From Octopus vulgaris (Eukaryota), in the NCBI GenBank assembly GCA_951406725.2, contig OX597818.1, positions 27,796,001-28,044,000 on the forward strand: DNA of 248,000 bases. Reading direction: 5' to 3'. Below, one piece after another: positions 1 to 93,960 of the stretch. The notes beneath the pieces were generated by a model. The model was given only the letters and a program-made list of their open reading frames with translations, was not told the origin of the DNA and did not search any database. Within the stretch, counting starts at the first letter, position 1. Each line of letters opens with the position of its first letter. The translations under genes were made by a program, and so were the position numbers.

Positions 1-585
1 ATTAAGTTTTAAACAGCATATATACTGGAGACCTGCTTTTCTATATTATACTCCAATGATCTCTGATCTTTCAAAAAACTGGTGAATGCTTAGTTATGCT
101 TTACATTAGCAAAACCTTGAATTGTGTCTGAGTAGAAATATCTATCTTTTAGTATCCATCTATCTCATCTCATGAATTGGAAGTTTCTGATCAGTCTACT
201 CTTTTACAACATGTATTAATATAACAATCTCTGAACCACATTCTTGTATGCATTGAAGTTCAATTATGTATTCACATAAACATTGTTCTGCCTGTTTCTT
301 CTAACAAAAGGCTGCTATACACATTATATCCCTTTTTACTCCTGCTCAACTTTCCACACAACCTTGATACATAAGAACAGACTTATAATTCTTTCATGAA
401 CAGAGGCTTTTAAATCATCCTCTAATGGAAACATAACATGATGACATTTGTTTTTAGTATCATCAAACATAATCACAGCACATGTTAAAGAACAGACTTG
501 CAACACTACGCCTTTTCTATGCTTGAGTAAAACAGCTAAAACTCTCAAAACTGCTAAGTCTCAAATGATATTTCACAGTAAATAC

Positions 586-634
<49 letters not shown>

Positions 635-3600
635 ATATCTATAAAAGGGAGGATGTGTGTGCGTGTGTATGTGTATGTGATTGTAATTTATGCACATCCA
701 CAAATTAGCACACATGTCACTCAAATTTTAGGAAGACATTTGTCAACATACTATCTGGGTTTTGTCAACTTATTTTTTTCCCAAGGCACCCGCGGATAGG
801 GTAAAAATCTATTTTCAACCATAGCTTTTAACCATAACAAATATCAGCCATTGCTTTTTGATGGCGTCTAACAAAAAAAAAAGAAAAAGAAAAGTGGAAG
901 GAGGCAGTGAGTTTCACAAGAAAGACAAAGTGAGAGAGAGAGAGAGAGAGAGCCATTGCGTTTTTGACAGCGTCTAACAAAAAGAAATGAGATAAAGAAA
1001 AGTGGAAGAAGGAGGCAGAGAGTTTCACAAGAAAGACAAAGTGAGAGAGGGAGAGAGAATGGAAGAAGGAGGCAGAGAGTTTCACGGGAAAGACAAAGTG
1101 AGAGAGGGAGAGAGTAAGTGACTACGTTCATAAAAAATAAAATGTAAAATGTTTTGTTTTTTGTTTTTGAAAGGCACACTATATTTTATAATCATAGTAT
1201 ATATACTTTCTCACACAACAATTACAATAAATTTATTTTAAATCGTTCACCTTTCTCTTCCCTCTCTCTCACACATATTACTTTGGGTGCGAAAGAGTTT
1301 TGTTTTTATTTTATGCCGAGTAAAAAAGTGTTTTGTTGACAATCCATTTATTTAACAACAAAGAAACAAAGAGGTGAGTAACAATTTGTCAGTGAATTAC
1401 ACAATATAAATGGGTACAATTTGTGAGGCTTCCACCACACCCCACTCCATTTCACGAACCACAAAGAGGGTTTTGAGGCCAGAGTAGTTGATTCCATGCA
1501 AAAAAAAAAACGATTTTTTTTTCTTAGTGAAAATTGTGTGAGTGTTAATCTACAAATTTAACAACATTTTTTTCCATTCAGTTCTGTTTATGAACATATA
1601 TGCGTGCACAAAACATGCAGTAGGTGTATGTACGTGTGTGTATGTGTGTTCGTGTCTGTTGCCTATATATATTTATATTATATTATATATATATATGATA
1701 TATATAATATATATATATAATATAACTAATTTCAATGGGTTTCGCCCAAATTTGACATCTATATTATTTAGTTTGGTTTGAAATAAAGAACTTGATTAGC
1801 TTAATAATCGTAACTTAATCCCGGGCAAGGCTGGGTTATACTGCTAGTATATATATATATATATATAATATTGTCAATACAACATTCCAAAGATTAAGCT
1901 TCCACTCTAGAGTCAGAAATTATTTCAGCTCTGACTAATTGATTATCCTCTCAGAAAAAAGCCCTCATTAGAATACTACTCTAATATGTGGTATAGTTTT
2001 GCTGATGCATGCACATACACACATTATTGACTGCATCTCTCAAAAGACTGACTGTGGGGGGATTCACTTACCAGCATGCTGCAACTAGGAACCTTCAAAT
2101 TTTCTGCTTCACCTCTTCTACAACTAGTTCTGCTCTAAATTAGTAAGTAGCGTACTACTTCTGCCCACACTTATCTGATGATCCAAGCTATCCTAGCCTC
2201 ATTATCTTTGGTCTTATTCCTAAACCCTGTATTAATTCCTTCTGTCCTTTTATTTCAGAACTGAAAGTCTATGAAACTCCCTCCTCAATATTTTTCCTGC
2301 TGGCATAAATTTGCAGGAAATCAAATTGAGCATTAGCAACCTAACAAAGAAATTCTGCAAGTGTCATAGATATTGTTCCTCCTCTTCTAAATAAAATTTG
2401 CTCATAAATTACATTATTCACTACAGCAAAATAAGTTTTTGATAACATCACAGTTTATATTGCAGTTTTAATTGTAATTAATTTTCAACATTTCAGTTCA
2501 GCTCTATCAAGCTTTATCAAGCTTAATCAATGGTAAACAATATTTCTATTCAAATTGATAGAGCTCAGATTTGTTTCAGTCTGTGTGAAGGTTTACAGTT
2601 GTACATTTTCTTATAAAAGTTGCTCTTGTTTTATCATATAGTTCATATATAAATGTTATTTATCTCAACATCATGATATCTAGAACTAAAATAATACCTA
2701 CTATGTTCATTATATGTTTTATTGTTTGCATCATATAAGTGGAATTATAGCTGCGGTGGTACATGCCTATTGTGAGAGGTATGCTATACTGATACATATG
2801 ACTTGAAATATACCGTCTGGTTTTAGAGATACTAGAAATTAGAGGAGGTGGGTTGAATGCCTCACTCAACAGGAAGTGCTACTACATATAGAAAGTATTT
2901 TAAGATTTGAAGTTATCATAGTTTAATGTTTAATTATTGCTGTTGTTGCTCAGCTTTAAGTCAATCTTATGAAGAAAACCTATAGCATTAGGAAGGCCAA
3001 CTAGCTGTGACAAACCATGCCAAAAGAGACAGAGTAGCTTAGTGCAGTTCTCCACTAATTGTCCTACTGATGCCAGCATGAAAAACAGATCTTAAATGAT
3101 AATGATGATGATGATGATGTTATTGATCATCCTGTCCTTTTGTATATACAGCATTACCTTGTTCAATGTATCCCCCTTTTTTTGTTTACCAGACATTTGG
3201 ATTTGATTTGAAATCTATGACAATTCTAGCAGATTGAATGACTATTCAACACTTCCATCCTTGGTTCATATATTTAACTGTTTCCATAATTGTAAATTTC
3301 TTTTTCTGTTTAAGAAAAAGGAATTTATTGTGACATAGAGGGACAGGTAATCATGTAAAGTGTATGGATGTATAAAAATATACAGTGAAAGAAAAAGAAT
3401 AACTCATTAAGAGATGAGTGTATTTATTCAGTTTTCATTATTTAACATTGAACCCACTGGCCTTGAATTCCATTACCAATAATATGTGCCTATATCCAAT
3501 CAAACTAGTATTCTGTTTTGCCACATATTTCTGTTTAGACCTGGTGCACATGCTTTCTGCACCAGTCAATGATCATTTTACATTGCTGTTACAGCTTGTG

Positions 3601-4853
3601 TTCTGAATAAAGGTATCACTGTGGCTTTTGTGAAGTTTGTGCGAGGCTTGGGGGGAAAATATGTTGTATTTAAAATCTGACATCAGTCAGTTAATTATTC
3701 AATTTTTAGTCATTACATGGAGCATCAGAAAGGTTTTGATAATAACCATGAAAGTGATTTTGAAAGCATATTACCCAGCAGATAAAGATAGCATGCTAGA
3801 TGCTGTTTCTCTACAAAATGTACAAATTATATATGAGAAGTAGTCTCAGATTGCAGAAGAAGGGGTGTGGTGGTACTCCTAATAGGTTACTTTGAGATTT
3901 GTAATAACAATTGTTTTCTAATGATTTCAAACCTACAGAGATCTTGTGTCTAAAAATATTCTTGATAATCTTACTGCAGGATTAGCTAATCCTGTGAATT
4001 ATTTGATCCAGTTGTTCTGAATAGATGAAATTTGGTAGCTGTTAGTATATGAAACCAATAATCAAGCATTGCAAGTCAAAGCAGCTAATCCTAATAACTG
4101 CAATTCACTAACTATGTGAACGAAGATAACCTTGCTTTTGATAAAAATGATAAAATCGATAAATTTCATCTTGTGTTCACATATCTTTTGGAAAAACGGA
4201 AATATCACAAACTACAATGGAATCTGCCACTTGAAGAGAGGAGTATCAATACAAAGAATCAGTCAAAAAGATAATGTATCAAAAATAAATTCTTCATTTT
4301 CTGTTTATAATGGGTATATTCTTGTGTATTGAAACTGGAGATAATAACTACTGGAAAATTTGGTAATGAAAGACAGAAGACAAAAAAAGGGTGGTGTAAA
4401 GGATATCTCATTACAAATTAAACATAATTTATATTTATTACATTGTTAGCATCATGGACAAAATGTGAAGCAGCATTTCATTCATCTTTCTGTTCTGAGT
4501 TTAAATTTTCTAGAGATTGACTTTGCCTTTTCATTCTTTCAAGGTCATTAAAATAAATACCGGTTGAGCACTGGCTTCAATGTAATCAATCAGCTCCCTC
4601 TCCCAAAATTTCAGACCTTGTGTCTATGGTTGAAAAGATTGTATTTATTACATTTTGTCCAGTTGAATTTGCTAATATTTTTTCAGTTTTTCAGTTTTTC
4701 TGTGATTTTCATGTAGATGTCTACAGTGTTGTACGCCTTGTTAGGATTCAAAGAATTAAACAACTTTCATAATAAATGATAGGAAAATGTTTCATGAAGT
4801 TTCTTAAAAAATTTTCACCATGTGATTTAAAAAAAATTTATTTATTTTTATAG

Positions 4854-85465
<80,612 letters not shown>

Positions 85466-86537
85466 AGGTCCATGTTTTCAGATGAACAAGAAGAACCTAG
85501 AACCTTGTAATATAGTAAATAACTCCTAGAACTGAATTAAATCGTGAGGGCAACCTAAGTCAGTCTCCTTGACATCATTTCATCGACACTTCTTGCAATC
85601 ACTACAGATTTGAACTAAATGCCTGATACCACCATAACATTATTGATCTCGGTTATATTCTGTAACTACATTGTTTTTGTATTCACAGCATCATAAAATT
85701 CTTGATTTATTTTAAACTTTCATGAATGTCTATCTATAATTAAACATTTGCACCAATGAAGTAAACTCAGTTAAATTTCTGTATTTCATTCCTCTTATAC
85801 GAGTCATCATCTGTTCAACATAATATGGAGATTTAACAACATGGCTATGAATATCATTGATTTTTCAAATATATTTTGGAATAATCCCTTAAAAAATTTT
85901 AAGAATTTGAATTCATCCCAATTTTCTACAAATGAGCAGCAATTATGATTGTGTTTTTGTTCATGTTAAACATATTCTTGAAACTATTTATAACTTCATG
86001 ATCAAAGTTTCTGATATTCATTTTACAGAAGTTCTTTATATACTTTCTACTATTTTACTTCATTAGTAGACTATTTTACTTTCTAAGATACAAGAACTTC
86101 ACTACTTTACTAACTTTTTTCTAAGATACAAGAACATTCGAATCTAAATTCTAAAACACATATTTGTAAAAGAAATCAAACTTGCAGCTTGTACATAAGT
86201 AAATGCATGTGCAAATATTTATCCAGATTCAGCAGACTCTCTCTTATATCTTACTACAGAATGAATAAATGAATTGATATTTAAATGATATTTTTTTTTT
86301 GTGCTTCAGTTGGCTGAAAGCATATACTATGGTCTGTATAGACTCTCAAAACATGTAAAATTAATGCTTGTACATCAGCTGTATTCAGCTTGTATATCGG
86401 TGTCAATATATATAGAAAGGCATGGACAAGAAAGAAATTCTAGAGTATTAATTTTCTGAGAAGGAATGACTGAAGTATTATTTGATCCAGAATAAGAAAA
86501 CCAGTCACTGGAATGCAGTTTTAGGTATACTTATATA

Positions 86538-87410
86538 TGAGGTGGTATCAAAGGGCTTCCAGATTAGTTGTTTAATAAAAAATAGTTAAACAAAGTTTTA
86601 ACATCATCTTCTTTGAAATAGTCATCTAGCACAGCATTACATCAGTCCCAGTGTTCTTGCCACTTTTGGAATTTGGCCTGAAAGTTGTTTTCCAAAAGCA
86701 AGTTAAGGACCTTCTGAAGTTCACTCTAGATCTCAACAACAGTGTTAAATCATTGACCTTTGAGCTGTATTTTCATCTTGGGGAAGAGATGGAAGTATGC
86801 AGGTGCAGAAGCAATACCATGTTGTTTTTGGTGAGAAACTCATGAGCGAGGTGAGCTCAGTGACAGGGTGCATCATTGTCATGAAGAATCCAATTCTTTG
86901 CACTCCATGGATCCGGCCACTTTTGCTGAATGTCCTCCTTCAAATGCTTCAAAATGTCACAGTAGAACTCTTGATTGATGGTCTGGCCCTGGGGGATGAA
87001 TTCTCAATACACAATACCACGTCTCTTGGGGTGACACTTGTAGCAGATCTTCCAGGGATATTCTTCCACTTTTGAAGCAAAGTACCCATATCACTCAAAA
87101 CATTGCATACAACCCATTGCCTTGTCACTGTAAAGTTGCTGAAGCATGCTCAATGTCTCTGTAGCAGACTTCCCAAGTTTAACACAAAATTTCACATTGG
87201 CTCTTTGTTCCTGTTTATGAGAAAATCACAGACTACAGCATACATGTAACCACAAAAACATGAATTTCAGAACTTGCAAAGTAAACACAGTGATGTCACT
87301 CAGCACAATGCTTCAGGGAGGTCACTGCTAACTCTTACTTCACACATAACCATATGCTACTATCTGTTGGTGCACTACAGAACTAGTCCAGGGACTTTTT
87401 GATGCCACCT
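86538..87410. mobile_element. Mariner-like deletion derivative
   Basis: TIRs gaggtggtatcaaag / ttttgatgccaccttg. Confidence 0.7.
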
Positions 87411-89699
87411 TGTGTGTAAGGATCAATGGGAAAGATCATCAATGATTGTAGGTTTAACATCTGTTGTAATTTTGAGGGTTTTAACTGTGTTGTCCAAGAC
87501 TAGAGAGGTTGAAGTGTAAGATTGTTTCTTTGACTTAGTTTTAATCAGAGAATTTACACAGAAGGATTACTTTGCATTTGGATTGGTCACGATTTAACAT
87601 TTTTGAAAAATAGCAACACTTCAAATGTGGAAATAAGTTGGACAGAAATACAAAATTACATTAATTATGCAACTAAAATGGAGTCAAGAGATGTAGCAGG
87701 GCCAGAAAATTATTCAGGACTGACCAGTTGTGTTCAAGTAAGATTACATTGGATTACTAATCTCATATCTGCTAAATATGAGATTAGTAATACATATAAC
87801 TACAATATACTACAGCTATACACATACATGTACACATGCATATATAAACACATGCACACACAGATCATCTCTCTCTCTTTCTCTCTCACACACAGATCCA
87901 CTCTCTCTCTTTCTCTCTCACACACAGATCCACTATCTCTCTTTCCCCCTCTCTCTCTCTCTTTCTCTCTCTCACATATACACACACAAACACACACACA
88001 AGTTGTGCAGGATTGACTGGATGAAATTAATGACATTTAGTCTGAAAGATTGGTTGAGTGTTTGAAACAGTAACCAATGCACAATGAAGTGGTAACTGTT
88101 GTTTTATATTTTTATACTTGTCGTATCTGAAGGTAAGGGTAGTGCAGGACTTCTGAAATTGGTGACTTTGATGCTGTTAAAGTTCCATTTAATATGTTGC
88201 AAGGAGGGTGTAAGCAGGAAGAATAAGGCTGGTGTTCTGAGGAAGGTCTAAGTACAGTGGTTTGTTTCAGATCGGATGGGGTGGATGTATTAAGAGTGAT
88301 TAGAGGTGAAGAGATGACTAGGTCACTGATGTCTGAATGGTGAAATTACGAGATCAGCTAGTTTTGAGTGATTGAGGATATTAATGTAGCAAAAGACAGA
88401 GAGAAGAGACACTACATTTGTGGGCCAGTGACTAGTGCCTATCTTTCAATGATTGAATGTTATTTCGTCAAGTTGATCTTTGTGAATGTCTGTGTCCATA
88501 CTAGCAACATTGTTCCAAATGAGGGAACAGTATCCAGTGTGAACTTCACGTGAGGCCTTGTTGATTGTCAGATGTTGTTGGGGTCTGAAATATTTCCTAG
88601 CTCTGAAGGGAACAACTAGTACTTGGGACTTGGTTGTAGCTTTGCTAAGGATGTGCTTTCATCAGGTAAAGCCCAGCATTTCATAGTAAAGCCCAGCATT
88701 TGAAGGTACTGAAAGGGTATGAGCAGAGAGGGAGTATGGTGCAGCAGGTTTTTCTTGATATTAGAAGTGCTGACATTTTCATTTTTTTTTTTCTATTAAA
88801 AAAGAGAAAGTTAGCAAGTCTCCTCTGAAAAATCCTCTCAATGACCCCATTTATGGAAGCAGTGCAAGTTTTGCTCTATAAAGTCATGTTTATATGTGGC
88901 TGATCCATGGTTGGAGAAAGTTAGGGAGGTTTAACAGGTTATGTTATCTGTATAAGAGTAAATTTGTTGGATGTGGGGTAAAATAGGTTTTGATGTATAC
89001 GCAGAAGAGAATTAGGTAACAAAAGTAAATCTTGGATAGCACCAGAATTGATTGAGAGTAGAGCACAAAGAGCTCCATCAACATGTGTCATGAACAGCAT
89101 CCAAGAGATGAGATGATTGAGTCCATAGACAGGATGTTTAGATAGGTAATCATATGCAAAAGGAGTAAAGGCACAGAGAATTGGTAAAGTGTTCCTTTAG
89201 AATAACACTTCTTGTACTTCTTCATTAGAAGCAAATAATGGTTTCGAAGCTAAGTACTGTCATGGAGGTCTTAATTGAGGAGGGATATAGCCTGTTTGAT
89301 ATCTGTAGAAGGCTACACATTGTTTACAGAGATAACACCATGGATAAGAGCAATGTACACAGATGGATGAAGAAGATTAATGAAAAGAAAACCAGCACTG
89401 AAAACCACACAGTTAGAGACCATAAACTATTACTACTGACTCAAATCACCAGTGAATAGATGAATTGATTCAGGCAAACAGATGGGTTACAATCCATAAA
89501 CTTGCTGAACAACTGGACTGTGGTGAGAGTGCACTGAAAACGATAATGGTAGACTTTAGATAACAGAAAGTATGAGCAGAATGGGTTCCTCAACAGTTTT
89601 GATATAATTTGAAGATCGATCAAAACTGCTCTACTCTGCTGGAATCATTTCAAGCATTTGAAATCAATGAAGACATGCTTTATATGAAGAAAAAGAAAA

Positions 89700-90130
89700 A
89701 ATTCGAGTATGCGCTGACTTTTCAACAGGCTTGAACAAATGTTTGATGACATACAATTACCCATTACCAAGTCTAGAAGAAATTTTTGCAAAACTCAATG
89801 GAGGAAAATTATTTTCGAAGTTGGATTTGTCTGAGGTGTATTTACAGTTACAAGTCAAGGAGAAATGTTCAAAATTATTAACAATAAACACCCATAAAGG
89901 TTTATATAAATTCAGTCGACTTCCTTTTGGGATAAAGGTAGCACCTAGTATTTTCCAACAGGTGATGGACACTATGCTTATGGATACGGATTTCACTATA
90001 GCTTACTTGGATGACATACTCATAAAAAGTGAGTCTTTAGGAACATGTTAAAAAGGTCTTTGAAAGAATAAAGAATTATGAATTTAAACATAGCAAGGAA
90101 AAATGCGAAATTTTCATGCCAGAAATAAAG
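89700..90130 (+). mobile_element. Ty3/Gypsy RT fragment
   Basis: ORF 89731-90051 (FSKLDL..YLQ, LPFG, YLDD). Confidence 0.85.
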
Positions 90131-90386
90131 GAAAGTGAAGCTCAAAAAGTGGAGATGTTGGGGTGAAATCCTGACACCCCTGCGGGATAGCAAGTGAACT
90201 GTCCTAAGCCTTATAAAGGTGCATGCATACTGACAGTGTGAGGTATAGTCTGGTGTGTGCAGTTGCATTTGTGATGACAGCTGTAGAAGTCATTGAGAAG
90301 AGACATAAGTTTGCTATGTATTTGTTACTGGTTTGGTTTTTGTAGTGTTATAACAGTTACAGAGTAGTCTATATCCAAACTCAAGG

Positions 90387-90483
<97 letters not shown>

Positions 90484-90489
90484 CTTCTC

Positions 90490-90670
90490 TACTCTAGGCA
90501 CAAAGCCTGAAATTTTGGGGGAGGGGGCCAGTCGATTAGATCGACCCCAGGATGCAACTGGTACTTAATTTATCAACCCCGAACAGATGAAAGGCAAAGT
90601 CGACCTCAGCGGAATTTGAACTCAGAATGTAAAGACAGACATGCTAATTTTTCTGCCAGCTCACTGCCTT
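90490..90670 (-). mobile_element. Second SINE family (representative)
   Basis: gttcaaattccgccgaggtcgactttgcctttcatcc core; copies at 10500-10720, 100200-100390, 142720-142910, 178530-178730. Confidence 0.8.
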
Positions 90671-90699
90671 AATAATAATAATAGTAAAAAATTTGTAAC

Positions 90700-91050
90700 C
90701 CAAAGTAATTCTAATGTGGAATCTAAAGACAAGCAAAAGATCAGGAAATACAGGTAACTTGAATGTGAAGTTTAAAAACAGAAACATTTTCTATCATAGT
90801 AGGCACATTAGGTATGATAAAAAATATTCAGACAAATGCATAACAAATACATCAGGACTAACAAGTATATATAACATACAGAAAATAGCACTACTAGGCA
90901 CTGAGACATCCTACATAAAACACTTTCAATACAGTAAAAATAAGAGCATCACAACAAATCACAGCACATACCCAAGGCACACAGAGCTGAGCTTGGTAGT
91001 GCAGTGAAAGCACAACATAAAAATAAAACTACTGAATAATAATAATAATG
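90700..91050 (+). mobile_element. 3' end of the R4/Dong-like family followed by (AAT)n
   Basis: Matches 177650-177950 including the terminal aaaataaaactactgaataataat. Confidence 0.85.
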
Positions 91051-91269
91051 ATTATTTGCCGATATAATGTGGCAGTCCTGGTTAGGACAATTGTTACTGT
91101 TATTTAGCCCCAGGAAGCATCGTCTTCAGCTGGTTATATGACATACTATCTACATCCTTATATTTTCAAACAAGGTAGTTTAGTGTCCCCACTCAACACA
91201 AAGCAATGTCTGTATACCATTAGTTTCTGGGTTATTTCTCTTCATCAGCACAGAATAACCGCTTGGCTG

Positions 91270-93960
91270 AAGATGGCGCCACTAAATATATACTTTCCAA
91301 AGTGACACATAGTCACTGATCTAATAAAAGGAAGTACTGAAGATGAAAAACCTAATGCAGAGGAAGCTGCAAAGTTCTGGAGTAATATTTGGGATAAACC
91401 AGTCAATCATAATGGAGATACAGCATGGTTAAAGAAAGTGAAGGAAGAAGTAGTGAGTGAGAAGCAACCAAATCTAAGACTGACTAGTGCATTAATGAGT
91501 GAAGTGTTATGAAAAATGCTGAATTGGAAGGGCTCAGGACCAGATTTAGTTCAAAGGTACTGGCTAAAGAAATTCAGTTGTTTACATGGAAAGCTGTGGG
91601 AACAACTTCAGGATTACCTTAATAGAGGAATAATACCAGATTGGATGACTAAAGGGAGGACAATATTCATTATGAAGGATAAGAGCAAGTGTAATACAGC
91701 TAGCAACAATAGACCAGTCACTTGTTTACCATTAGTGTGGAAGCTGTTAACAGGAATGCTTTCAGAAAGTATTTACAAGCACCTAGACCACCAGAATTTA
91801 CTGCCAGAAAGATAGAAAGGTTGCAGGAAGAAGGCTAGATGAATGCATGATCTATTACATATATACAAATCAGTTCTAAATAAAGTAAAAACTAGAGAGA
91901 AAAATCTAACAATGACATGGATAGATTATAGGAAAGCCTATGAGATGATTTCACACTCATGGATAAGTGAATGCTTAAGTATATTCAGTATAACAGACAA
92001 CATAAGAGAATTAATTAGCTTTAGAAATGGAAAGTAGATCTCTACTCAGGTGACACACTCTTTGGGAAAGTTAAGTTCAAAAGAGGAATTTTCCAAGAGG
92101 ACTTGTTATTCCCTTTAATATTTGTCTTATGTTTGATCCCCCTCCGTTTAGTATTAAGAAAGGCTAAAGTAGGATATCAGCTCAGAAATAGTAACGGAAA
92201 AATTAACCATTTGCACTACATGAATGATCAGAAACTTTTTAGTATGAATGAAAAAGAGATAGAATTCTTGATACAGACTGTAAGACTCTTCAGCAAAGAT
92301 ACAGGCATGGAATTTGGCATAGATAAGTGTGCAATATTAGTCATGAGAAGGGGGCAGATAGTCAACAACAAAGGCATCCAATTACCAGATGGCCAGACAT
92401 TAAAATCATTGAAAGGAGGAGTTATAAGTAACTAGGAGTATTAGAATTTGACAGAGTACTAATTACAGAAATGAAAATGAAAATTGAGAAGGAGTACATC
92501 AGAAGGGTGAGGAAGCTAATGAAGTCAAAACTGAATGGTCCAAGTCTAGTGAATCTATGCCAGAAACTGAATTAGCAAAGCTAGACAGAAGAACTAGGAA
92601 GGAATTCAATATGAATGGAGGATGCCACCCAAGGGCATGAGTAGCAAGATTATAACTACCTAGAAAGGAAGGTGGAAGAGGGTTAATATCAATAGAAGAT
92701 TGCATGGAGTTAGCCGCAGTAGATATAAACTCCTACGTAGGTAAAAATGAAGAAAGTTTATTAAAAGCTGCTAGAGTCACAGCAAGACAGGGAAATCAAA
92801 ACACCAAACGAAATTAAAAACCAGAAATTACCTGACTGGCAGGAAAAAGCATTGAATGATAGATTCCCAAAGACAGTTTCAGCAAGTAGTAGTAGTGTGA
92901 CATGGTTATAGCTGCAGAAAGGAAAGCCAAAGAGGGATTCAGAAAGTTTGTTAGTCACTGCATAAGATCAAGCATTAAGGACTAATTGGGTAAACGCCAA
93001 GATAGACAAAAACCAAAAGGGACAAATGAAGAAAATGGATACCAAGACCAGAAAATGTTGACAGTACATGGAGCCTTCCACCCTAAGAGTGATACTGATA
93101 GGCTGTACATGTCCAGAAGAAAGAATGGGAGAGGTTTGATCAGTTGCCAGGACTGTACTGAAGCAGAGGAAAACAGCCTAGAATGGTATATAAAAAATGC
93201 TTTGCAGCCACTGTTGGAAAATATGCAGAAGGCCAGCATCATCAAAACTGAAAATTGTATAACTAAAGAAAAATTTAAGCAAGAAAGAATAAATGAAAAT
93301 GCATGGAAGAAAAAAAAATGTACAGTCAGTTTGCAAGAGATGTGAATGCCAAGACAGATTGAGAGGACCGGTGGCTATGAAAGAGGAGGAGTGACCTGAA
93401 GATAGAGACAGAAGCATTTATATGTTCAGCTCAGGAACAAGCATTAAGGGCTAATTATATGAAGTGCAGAACTAACAACACTCCCAGTAGCGACAAATGC
93501 AGAATGTGTGGTGAGAGGAGGGAAACAGTATGACACATCATTAGCAGATGCTTGAAACTGGCACAAAGCGAATACAAATGACACTATAACAATGTAACAA
93601 GAATGATCCATTGGGAGCTCTGAGGAAATGACGGCCTACAAAGAGTGAAGATGTAGTATGAGCAAACCCCAGAAGGAGTCACTGAAAATGAGAACTACAA
93701 ACTCCTGTGGGGTGTAATGATCCAGTGCAATCACCTGACCACAAATAGGAAACTGGACATTGTTGTGGTGAATAAAAAAGAAAGAACATATATGGTTATT
93801 GACATAGCATGCCTTGGTGACAGCAGGATCAGTGTGAAAGAAGAAAAAATAAACAACTATGACAATTTAAAGTGAGGAATCCGAAGGTTGTGGTCAATGA
93901 AGAGAGTACACATGATGCCAATAGTAATTGGTGCACTTGGAAGTATCAACGTAATGAGTT
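91270..93960 (+). mobile_element. Older degenerate R4/Dong-like element
   Basis: ORFs 91516-91815, 92103-92435; zinc-knuckle/endonuclease remnants. Confidence 0.85.
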